Shown here: piece by piece, positions 52,194-64,000 of the stretch
Layout of the letters: every line of letters starts with the position of its first letter
How positions within the stretch are numbered: the first letter of the stretch is position 1
Assembly: GCF_009914755.1 (NCBI RefSeq)
Contig: NC_060926.1
Source: the human T2T-CHM13v2.0 reference genome, Homo sapiens
DNA length: 64,000 nt
Direction: 5' to 3' (one strand)
Position numbers and translations under genes: made by a program
Notes under the pieces: generated by a model
Seen by the model: only the letters and a program-made list of their open reading frames with translations
Databases searched by the model: none
What the model was told of the DNA's origin: nothing

Positions 52194-52950
52194 CAACTCC
52201 CTTGATCAACATGGTTTTAAACTGCACAGGTCCTGTACTCAGGTTTTCTTTAGCCTCTACCATCCCTGAGACAGTGGGACCAACCCCTCCTCTTCTTCCT
52301 CTCCCTTAGCCTATTCAACTTATATTTAGATGATGAGGATGAATACCTTTATGATGATCCACTTCCCCTTAATGATTAGTAAATACATTTTCTCTTCCTT
52401 ATGACTTTTTTTCTTTTCTTTTTTTTTTTTTTTTTTTTTTGGCAACGGAGTTTCACTCTTGTTGCCCAGGCTGGAGTGCAATGGTGCAGTCTCGGCTCAC
52501 CACAACCTCCACCCCCTGATTCAAGCGATTCTCCTGCCTCAGCTTCCTTAGTAGCTGGGTTTACAGGCATGTGCCACCAAGCCCGGCTAATTTCATATTT
52601 TTAGTAGAGATGGGTTTCTCCATGTTGGCCAGGCTGGTCTCGAACTCTCGACCTTAGGTTATCCGCCTGCCTTGGCCTCCCAAAGTGCTGGGATTACAGG
52701 TGTGAGCCACTGCTCCTGGCCATGACTTTCTTCATAAACTTTTATTTAGCTAACTTAATTATAAGAATACAGTATATAATACATATAACATAAAACTATA
52801 TGTTAATTGACTGTTTATGTTATTGGTAAGGCTTCCAGCCAATAGTAAGCTATTAGTAGTTAAGCCTTTGGGCAGTCAAAAGTTATACACACATTTTTGA
52901 CCGTGTGAGCAGTTGGTGCCCCAATTCCTGCATTGTTTGAGGGTCAGCTG
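52194..52950. mobile_element. Tigger2a-like DNA transposon with an Alu inserted (about 52410-52720)
   Basis: Degenerate TIRs CAACTCCCTTGATCAACA / TGTTTGAGGGTCAGCTG flanked by TA; internal TATGATGATCCACTTCC. Confidence 0.75.
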
Positions 52951-53338
52951 TATTATGTTCCTTTGGTAGCGTCATACTTCCTTGTGTTTCTGTGTCAATG
53001 TCTGTTTATTTGGTGGAACAATTGCCTTTTCTAAACTTTCTAGAGTAGCTTTGTAGAGAAAGACACTCACCTGCAGTTGGGTTTTATCATGCCAGTCAGG
53101 AAGGGTGTAGTGTCTGTTTGTGGATAGGTGCAGTGGTATAGTTTCCATGCAGCTTCTTCAGCTGCATTCAACGTCAGCAATAACTGGGTGCTCATTCTAA
53201 TTTTAATTAATAACGTCACCAATAACTGGGTGCTCATTCTAATTTTCTCCCCAAAGGGAAGACTTAACCAAGATGTCAGGTCTGAATAGACTACAAGTAG
53301 CTACAGGAGCGCTGGGTTCCAGGTACTGGCACAGGGTC

Positions 53339-53732
53339 TGTATTAGTCTGTTCTTGCAGTGACATAAACAAATACTTGAGACTGGGTGATTTATAAAGAA
53401 AAGAGGTTTAATTGGTTCATGGTTCTGCAGGCTGTACAGGAAGCATTGTGGCTTCTACTGGGGAGGCGTCAGGAAGCTTCCAGTCATGGTGGAAGGCAAA
53501 GGGGGAACCAGCATTTCACATGGCAGGAGCAGGAGGAAGACAAAGAGTGGGGAAGTGCCACACACTTAAACAACGAGATCTCACTATCTCAAGGAGAGCT
53601 CTGGGCAGATGACGTTAAACCATGAGAAACCCCCACCATGATCCAATCACCTCCCACCAGGCCCCACCTCCAACATTGGGGGTTATAATTGAACATGAGA
53701 TTTGGGTGGGGACACGGACCCAGACCATATCA
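53339..53732 (-). mobile_element. MST (MaLR) solo LTR, MSTA/MSTB-like
   Basis: TGTATTAGTCTGTTCTTGC...GATTTGGGTGGGGACAC...ACCATATCA; near-TSD GGGTC/GAGTC. Confidence 0.85.
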
Positions 53733-54097
53733 GAGTCTCACAAACCTGTTATGGCACCTGAGTTTTGGGGTACAGGTTAGCACTCTGTGGCAGAGTTGGA
53801 TGTAGATTGACCACAGAGCTAGGGTCTGTGACTCTCAGATACCCTCTAGCAGCTCAGGCCCAGGGAGCTAGGTTGTAGCTGTGATTCTACCTCTGAGAGG
53901 CAGGGCACAGAACTGGCCCAAGCCTAGGGGAACGGAGGGGGTACCCTGGAGGTTTGGGAGCAGGGTACAGCTACAGTTTGGGAACATGAGCCAATAGGGC
54001 TCGGTGGTAAGTCAAGTCCCAGGGGGATGAAGCACTGTGTAATAGTAACTGTAGTCCCTGGGAACTTGGCAGTATCTCAGACTCTGTGAGGCCAGTT

Positions 54098-54124
54098 GCA
54101 GCAGCAGCAGCAGCAGCAGCAGCA
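54098..54124 (+). repeat. (GCA)9 trinucleotide repeat, intronic
   Basis: Directly visible. Confidence 0.9.
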
Positions 54125-55391
54125 AGTGCCCCAGAATGGTGGAGTACAACTGTTGTTTAGGCCCTGGGGGTGTAGGGAACAGCATAGCAATGACTGCACT
54201 CCCTACGGAGAAGGGTGTCTTAGCAGCTCAGACTCTAGGGGGCTAGTCCAGCTCTGGGGAAGATGACTACTAGATAAGTTTGGTCTGTAGGGCAGAGTGT
54301 CTCAGCTCAACCACTGCTGTGTTTCCCTAGGACACAGGATACTGTCAGCTCAGCCCTGGGATGGGCAGCTGCTCAACTTGGCCACAGCACCAGTTCTCCA
54401 GGGGCCCATGTGCTGCTTCAGCTTAAGCCTGGGGGGCATGACTGTTCTGGGAGGCCCAGGCATCATTTCCTGGAATGTGGGTAGTTGCTTCACCTTATGC
54501 ACTGGAGAGGCATGACTGCTCTGAGCAGCTAAGGTACTGTTTCCCTAGGAGGCAGGATACTGCTTCAGCTCTGGCCTGAGGGGGTGATAGGAGGGGTAGG
54601 TGGGGTGGCTCCACCTCTGCTTCCCCCGACCCCTGTACAGGGGTATAAGAGCTGTTTGCAGCTCAACTTGGGGATGTTGGGCCACTGGGCTAGTGTGATT
54701 CAGTCTTGGCTTAGCCTCAGGGATAAAGGGGAACTGTGGCTACTCAGCCCCAGAGCAAGACACACTCCAGCCGTAGTTCGGATTCCAAGATGACATAGCA
54801 CAGTAGCTACATGAACTACAGTGCCTGGGACACAGTGTCGGTTTCTTCTCTCGGGGTAGCACAGCAGTGTGGACTCCAGAGAGCTTCCTCAGCTGGGCTT
54901 GGTGCCTGTGAAGACTGCAGGGAACCTCAGTGGTGAGGTCTATTGGTAGGGTTGGTTACTGGAATCCTCTTGCTTCCCTCCTTGCTGCAGGGAGTTCTTC
55001 CTGGTTCCTAGCTCTTCCCAGTTGGGGGATTGGGTGGTGGAGGCCGGATGCTTCCTTCCATTCTCTATGTGGCCATCCCGAGTTTCTGTGCTCGTCAATG
55101 CTCTCCCTCATTTATTTTTGTTAAAATGTAGTTGTTTATTCATTGTTTTGATTGTCTTTGTGGGGGAAATGAATGCTAGGGACTTCTAGTGGGCCATCTT
55201 GCTGATGTGACGTGACTACAGTATATTGCTATTAACTGTAGTCACTATGAACTTATTCCTCGTAATTGAAATTTTGTATCCTTTGACCACAGTCTGCTTT
55301 TCTTTTCTTTCCTTTCTTTTCTTTTTTTAAATTTACACACCACTATACAAACAGGGAACACAGCTTTCTTTCCTAATATGAGGGTTTAAAG

Positions 55392-55602
55392 AAGGAGTGT
55401 CCAATCTTTTGGCTTCCCTGGACCACATTGGAAAAAGATGGATTGTCTTGGGCCACACATAAAATACACTAATGTTAGCTGATGAGTTAAAAAAAATATC
55501 AAAAAAAAAATCTCATAATGTTTTAAGAAAGTTTATGAATTTGCGTTGGGCTGCATTTTAAGTCATCCTGAGTCACACCATGGGCCACAGGTTGGACAAG
55601 CT
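55392..55602. mobile_element. MER30 (hAT-Charlie) fossil
   Basis: GTGTCCAATCTTTTGGCTTCCCTGGACCACATTGGAA...GGTTGGACAAGCTT. Confidence 0.8.
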
Positions 55603-56196
55603 TAGTTTAAAGGCTATAAATTTCCCTTGAAATTTTATATTAGCTGTATTCACAAGTTTTGATACATGACATGTTCTTTATGGTTCAGATCTAGTATTTG
55701 CAGTTCCATGTGAATTTGAGAGGAACACACGTTCTTTAATTGTTTGGAATGAATTTTAAATATATCCAGTAATTCAAGCTTATTCTGTTTCCTTAACTTG
55801 GCTGAGATAATTATCATGAGGTCTTGCACTATGTAATACATTTGTCAATTTGGCTCTAAGTTCTATCCACTTTTTTAAAAGTTGGTTTTTCTTGTTGCTG
55901 TTTGATTGTTTTTTGAGACAAGGTCTTGCTTTGTCACCTAGGCTGGAGTGCAGTGCTATGATCACAGCTGACTGCAGTCTTAACCTCCCAGGATCAAGTG
56001 ATCCTCCCACCTCAGCCATCTGATTACCTGGGACTGCAGGTGAGGGCCACCACACCTGGCTAATTTTTTGTGTGTGTAGAGACAGGGTTTCAACATGTTG
56101 TCCGGGCTCGTCTGGAATTCCTGGGATCAAGCAGTCTGCCTGCCTTGGCCTCCCAAAGTGCTAGAATTACAGGCATGAGCCACTGCACCTGGCCTA

Positions 56197-56780
<584 letters not shown>

Positions 56781-56793
56781 AGTAGAATAGTAA

Positions 56794-57176
<383 letters not shown>

Positions 57177-60100
57177 TAAACAAATCCTGGACATTCTAAT
57201 AATTTTATCTATAAGTATTAATATTATCATACCATTCACATACCTAAAAACACCAAAAATACTTTCTTTAGGGACAGAGTCTCACTCTGTTGCACACGCT
57301 GAATTGCAGTGGTACAGTCACAGCTTACTGCAGCCTCAAACTCCTGGGCTCGTGCCATCCTCCCACCTCAGCCTCCCAAATAATTACGACTACAGACATG
57401 TGCCACCATACCCAGCTAATTTGTTTTTATTAAGTTTCTTGTAGAAATGGGATCTCAGGCTGGTCTTGAACTCCCATGCTGGTCTCAAATTCCTGTTCTC
57501 AAGTAATCCTCCCACCTCAGCCTCCCAAGTGTTAGGATTGTAAGTGTGAGCCACTGTATCCAGCCCCAAAATTCCTTTTTTTTCATGGAATGCCTGAACA
57601 TCCCAAGAAAAATTCCTTAATATCAAATATCTAGTCCACGTTCATATTTTCCTGCTTGTGTATACACATGCATATATATGTACACACACATTGTGGTGGT
57701 ACTATTTTACTTTTTTTAATTGAGGTGAAATTCATATAACTTAAAATTAATCCCTTTAAAATGAAGAATTTACTGACAGTTCATTCACAAAGTTGCAAAA
57801 GTGCCATGTAGAGCTTCAAAACATCTTCATCACCTCAAAATAAAATTTGGTACCCATTAGTCCATTATACCTTCCCTCAAGCCTCTGGCATCCACCAGTC
57901 TACTTTCTTTCTCTATGGATTTACCTATTTTGGATATTTTATGTAAATAGAATCATATAATATGTGACCTTTTGTGTGTGGCTTGGCTTCTGTCACTTAG
58001 CATAATGGGATTTTGTTTGTTTGTTTGTTTTTAGACAGGGTCTTGATCTATCTTTGGGCTCTACCTTTGCCCATTTTGTAATTGGGTTATTTTGGATTGT
58101 AGTCTTTGTTGTTGAATTGTATGAGTTCTTTACATATTCCAGACCCTTATCAGATACATGATTTGCAGATATTCTTTCCCATCTATGGGTTGTCTTTTAA
58201 CTCTTGTCATGGTGACCTTTGTACAAAAATTTTTATTTTGATGGTGTCCAATTTATCTGTTTTCTCTTTTACTTGTCCTATTGGTGCCATATCTAAGAAA
58301 CCATCACCAAATGCAAAGACATGAAGATTTACCCCTATGTTTTTCTTCTAAGAGTTGCATGGTTTTAGTTCTTATATTCAGCTCTTTGATCCATTTTTTA
58401 TTTTTGGTATGTAATATGAGGTAGGAGTTCAACATCATTCGTTTTCATGTGGATATTCAGTTGTCCTGGCACCATTTGTTGAAGATAGTATTCTTTCCTC
58501 ATCAAATGCTTTTGGCACCCTTGTCAAAAATAATTTAACCATAGGTATGTTATTTCTGGACTCTCGATTCTGTTGTATTTATTGCTCTAAATTTCCCTCT
58601 GAGCACTGCTTTTTTGCAGCCCATAGATTTTGATATATTGTGCATATTATCATTGCTATATTTTATAAATTGATATATTATCTATCATCACACCCTGTAG
58701 AGTTACATGCATTTTTTTTAGTTCTATAGTATTTTATTTCTGTCCTTAAAACACACATACAAAATTACAATATTGAGATTATTATTTTATACAGAGTGTT
58801 TATTTAGATTTTTATAGAGTTGTAATTTGTTTGCTTGCCATTTTTTCAAGCATCTCAGGACTTTTTTCTGCTATAATATTTGTTTTTTTGAAATATTTTT
58901 TTTTGCTAAAATAATGTGCTTTATTCAGTTACCTAACAGGTAAGAAATACAGAGGTAATTCCTGTACCAAATATTTTATATTTGGTGTATATTTTTTCTC
59001 TTCCCTTCTATAATGTGCTTGTATGGCATGACTTAACTGTTCCTTTTTTTTGTTATTTGTTTATTTATTATTTTTTTGAGACAGAGTCTTGCTCTTGTTG
59101 CCCAGGCTAGAGTGCAGTGGTGTGATCTTGGCTCATTACAACCTGCGTCTCTTGGGTTCAAATGATTCTCTTGCCCCAGCCTCCCAAGTAACTGGAATTA
59201 TAGGCGTGCGCCACCACGCCTGGCTAGTTTTTATATTTTTAGTAGAGATGGGGTTTCACCATGTTGGCTAGGCTGGTCTCAAACTCCTGACCTCAGGTGA
59301 TCCACCTGCCTCAGCCTCCCAAAGTGCAGGGATTATAGGTGTGAGCCGTTGCACCCAGCCAACTGTAAAAAAAAAAAAAAATGTTTTAATTGTAGTAGTT
59401 GTAGATATTTATGGGGTACATGAAATGTTTTGATACTGACATGCAATGTATAATAATCATAGCATGTAAAATGGGGTATCCATCCCCTCAAGCATTTATC
59501 CATCCCTTCAAGCATTTATCCTTTGTGTTATAAACAATCCAATTATACTCTTTTAATTATTTTTAAATATAATTAAATTATTGACGGTAGTTACCCTGTT
59601 GTGCTATCAAATATGAAGTATGTTGTTTAGAAATTTCTTTCATATACGAGACATTGATTGTAAACTCTCAGTTTTTTGTTTTTATTTTTTATTATGATTC
59701 TTTTTGAGACGGAGTCTTGCCCTGTTGCCCAGGCTAGAGTGCCAAGGCACGATCTTGGCTTACTGCAACCTCCACTTCCCAGATTCAAGCAGTTTTCGTG
59801 CCTTAGTCACTTGAGGAGCTCTGGTTACAGGTATGCACCACAACACCCAGCTAATTTTTTTTATTTTTTTATTTTTTTTATTTTTAGCAGAGACAGGGTT
59901 TCGCCATGTTGGTCAGGATGGTCTTGAACTCCTGGCATCAAGTGATCCGCCTGCCTCGGCCTCCAAAAGTGTTGGGATTACAGGGTGAGCCACCGTGCCC
60001 AGCCAACTTTCAGTTTTTTTTTAATCTTAAAGTATCTTCCTTTCACTCTCTTTTCTGAAAAAAAATGGGGGGTTTTGTGGGGGGGTTTTTTTTGTTTTTT

Positions 60101-60655
60101 TTTGTTTTTGGTTATTCTGAAGGTAAGACAGTGGAAAAAAATAGTTTGGATCATATACAATTGTTTATTGATAGTTACTTTTCTTTTTTTTCTTTTTTGA
60201 GATGGGGTTTCGCCATGTTGGCAGGCTGATCTCAAACTTGTGGGCTCAAGCGATCCACTCTCCTTGGCCTCCCAAAATGCTAGGATTACAGGCATGAGCC
60301 ACCACACCCAGCCAATCTACTTTCTTAAAACCTTAAATACTATTCCTATGACTTCTGCTACCATGTTGCTATTAAGAAGGCCACTGTACGTCTAATTTCA
60401 ATACTCTGTAGGGAGTCTGTCTTATCTCTCTTTCTTTAATTTGTATTTTTTGTTACCTAGGCTCAGGGGTGTTTTTATGGTCTGTCTTATCTGTCCAGCT
60501 GCATTTTGCTGTTCCTCTTTAGAATGTTGCACGTTCACTACATTGAGTATGGGTTTCTTTTTATTTCTCTTGGAATACTTAAAAGTAAGGCTTCGTTTAT
60601 CTGTGGATTCATGTCTTTAGTTTTGAAAAATTGCCAGCCATTATCTCTTCAAATA

Positions 60656-60907
60656 CAGATGATCCCTGACTTATATTAATTCAACTTATGATTTTCCACT
60701 TTATGATGGTGTGAAAATGATATATATTTAGTATACCCCTTAACCTATGATGGCGATGGCATTACATCTGGATAAACCCATTGTAAACTGAAAATACTGT
60801 AAGTCAAAAATGCACTTTCAACTTATAATAGTTTCCACTTAAGGTATTTTCAATGCACAGTGTGTTTATCGGGATAGTAACTCCATCATAAGTTTAAGAG
60901 CATCTAT
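60656..60907. mobile_element. Tigger5/MER47-like DNA transposon fossil
   Basis: CAGATGATCCCTGACTTA start, GATAAACCCATTGTAAACTGAAAATA, and TAAGTTTAAGAGCATCT end. Confidence 0.65.
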
Positions 60908-61098
60908 ATTGTCTCTCCTCCATTTTCCCTTTTCTATTCTTTTGAGACTTATATGCATACTATACTTTCTATTTTTCTTATTTTTAAGTCTTTGTCATAC
61001 ATTTTATGTTCTGTTTTTGCTGTGATACAGTCTAGATAATTTAAAAATCTATCTTCCAATTTAATAATTATTTCTTCTGCATCTAATCATCTATTTAA

Positions 61099-61293
<195 letters not shown>

Positions 61294-61429
61294 TAAATTT
61301 TTTTGTAGAGACAGGATCTCATTATGTTGCCCAGGCTGGTCTCAGATTCCTGGTGTCAAGCAATCCTCTTGCCTTGGTCTCCCAAAGTGCTGGGATTACA
61401 GACATGAACCTCTGTTTCTGGCCCATTGA

Positions 61430-61783
<354 letters not shown>

Positions 61784-63336
61784 TAAACTTTTGATAGTTT
61801 TTATTATTTGCTTATCTCTGTGGTTCATTTTTTTAGACATTGAATAATTATATTCAATCTTAGATGTTTCCAATATGGGGAGTCTTTAGGGGCTGTCTGA
61901 ATCTGGTGACTCAATCTCATGGTGGCTAATTTCCTGTTTTTTTGGCATTCTTTGATTGTTAGCTTATATTTGATTGATCTTAATATGAAAGGATACTGGA
62001 GTCTTAATTGGGTTTGTTTTTCTCCAAATAGTAGCTGCATTTTTTTCTTACCAGAAGCCAGGTTACACTCTTCACCCAGAACCTTTCAGATTGTTATCCT
62101 TATCTTGGGAATTTTAAGTTTTCCTCCCCTACCAGCTATTTGTCCCAACTTCAGTTTCTTAGCCACAAAACTAATGTATTAGAACTACCCTTGGGGAAAG
62201 TTTCCTCTTTGTTTATGCTCAGCTCTTCTTTTTTTGATCTTTTGGAGTTGGGGGGAGGGGAGGGCGGTCACTGGAGTGGGGAATGGGCTTTGATTGTTGG
62301 CACTTCTTGTAGCAGAGCCTGGACACAAAATAAAGATTTTATTTTCGGTCAACTTTCTGTTTTTTGTTTTGTATGTTTTGTAGCAAGACAGTTTTTTTTA
62401 CAGTATCTATTTGCCATATTGACACTAATGGGAGGCTCTTTTTATTTTGAAACTCCTTCTAAATAATTTTATTCTCAAATAATATAGGTATAATATATAA
62501 AATTCAAAAACCATCCAGAAAGTTATAAAATAAAATTGCTTTTACTTCTATAGCCCAAGGTAACTACAGGCTTTTTGGAATTTTTGCAATTGATTTTTTA
62601 CTTGATTAGGATATAAGTGATAATTTAAAATCTTAAAAACGAGAAGCAATTAAAAGATATTTTGTAGCCATATATTAAAAATGGACTGATTTTGTAGCTT
62701 TACAAAATTGCCCCAATTGAGAACTACTGTAGTAGACCTAAGTGGCTCGGAGTTATTGGTATATATTTCTTCATTTTCTTTTTTTAAATATATCTTCCTT
62801 TTCAAAGCTTGTCAAACTAATGTTAAGTGGGATGCTTGTCTATTAATGGTAAAAATTGTATATATATAATCTCTGTCTACACCAGGATATCTATTTTAAA
62901 ATTATATACTGCTACAATAGGGCATACCCAACTCATAAAGTTGAAAAACTTTATGTGCATTAAATCTCTGGTAATATGAGAATTTTAGAAGTATTTGAAA
63001 GGGTATACCAGTACCTTGTCACATAAAAGCAATCTTAAAAAGCCAGTACAGAAGTGTAGTTAAAGATAGGATGAGGGAACTATATAACACTAATTTTTGC
63101 CCTGCATTGAATGTATTCTGGTGCCTTGGCAAGTCATTTTAAAAAGTGTTAATTTTTTAATCTATAGAATGGAATTGATTTTACCTAAATTATATAGGGT
63201 ACCACAGTAGTGAATATGAGAGATTTGTTTAAGATAAAACAGTCCACAAAAATACTAAGTGCTTTAGTTGATCAGCTATTTAAACTCTTTCAGCTATTAA
63301 ATAATAGAAGAAAATGGAATTGAATATGATGTCAGC

Positions 63337-63414
63337 ATGGAACAATCTAATGATTCATTAAGAGTCAACCATAATGACGGTGAAGAGTCAAAAACCAGTG
63401 CTCAAGTATTTGAG
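63337..63414 (+). CDS. CARF: CARF (calcium-responsive transcription factor, ALS2CR8) first coding segment MEQSNDSLRVNHNDGEESKTSAQVFE; exon spans 63294-63414 and the gene continues beyond the window
   Basis: ctctttcag| acceptor at 63293, agcATGG start, GAG|gtatgg donor; peptide matches recalled CARF N-terminus. Confidence 0.9.
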
Positions 63415-63606
63415 GTATGGATTCAGCTGGGAACCTTTTTCCATCCTAGGGTAAAACAGCATGCCATTTAACAGCTCTTTATGCTCAAGGGATAGCTGTT
63501 ATATTTAGTGTATTCAAGAATTTTGAGCTGGGCGTGGTGGCTGACACCTGTGATCCCAGCACTTTGGGAGGCTGAGGCGGGCGTATCACCTGAGGTCAGG
63601 AGTTCA

Positions 63607-63825
<219 letters not shown>

Positions 63826-64000
63826 TTAATATTTAATTATACACATATTTTATGATATATTTAATATTATAATACAGAACTTAATGCTAAGATATATTCA
63901 TAAAAATTTTATATACAGAGAAAAATCTATAGGTTGAATTATGTTATTTCAGGTTCCATTCCTGTGGACAATTTTGGTAAAATTAAGATAGTAAGTATAA

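Larger units (their letters stand above)
48800..55210 (-). mobile_element. Long fragmented antisense L1MA-type element(s): 3'UTR at about 48800-49700, ORF2 remnants, and a GC-richer putative 5' region at about 53000-55200; carries several Alus, a Tigger and an MST
   Basis: Antisense L1 motifs (GAGAACATGCAGTATTTGTC, GCTGGATCATATGGTAG, CCTAGACCAATGTCC); ORF1-like remnant around 51900-52130; assignment of the 5' region less certain. Confidence 0.7.

Noticed and set aside
53170-53246. Repeat-spacer-repeat as a CRISPR-like array
   Set aside because: Only two copies with a 7-nt spacer, in a eukaryotic intron with no cas genes
54098-54124. CAG repeat as a polyglutamine or disease repeat
   Set aside because: Only 8-9 units, deep intronic within old repeat sequence, with no supporting exon

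Overview
Human (primate) genomic DNA from an Alu-dense region. It holds the complete 13-exon WDR12 coding sequence on the minus strand: ATG at 32929, stop at 2315, 1272 nt = 423 aa + stop, all introns GT-AG, assembled by hand. WDR12 sits head-to-head with the 5' part of CARF (ALS2CR8) on the plus strand across a CpG-island bidirectional promoter at about 33-34.3 kb. The CARF portion comprises three non-coding exons and the first coding exon (MEQSNDSLRV... at 63337). A full-length processed KRT8 pseudogene with target-site duplications lies in CARF intron 3. The rest is interspersed repeats: roughly 60 Alus by eye (including a young AluYb8 and an AluYa5-lineage copy), L1 fragments, MLT2A/MST/MER73-74/MLT1 LTRs, and Tigger/MER DNA-transposon fossils. 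Nearly every ORF in the supplied track is a repeat artefact. I found no convincing wholly new biological system. The most unusual observations are a multi-template-switch insertion scar inside an Alu (7491-7593), an antisense-L1-derived CARF 5'UTR exon that changes a uORF, and an overlapping uORF across the CARF start codon. Gene and repeat names come from recall of the sequences, not database searches, and repeat boundaries are approximate.
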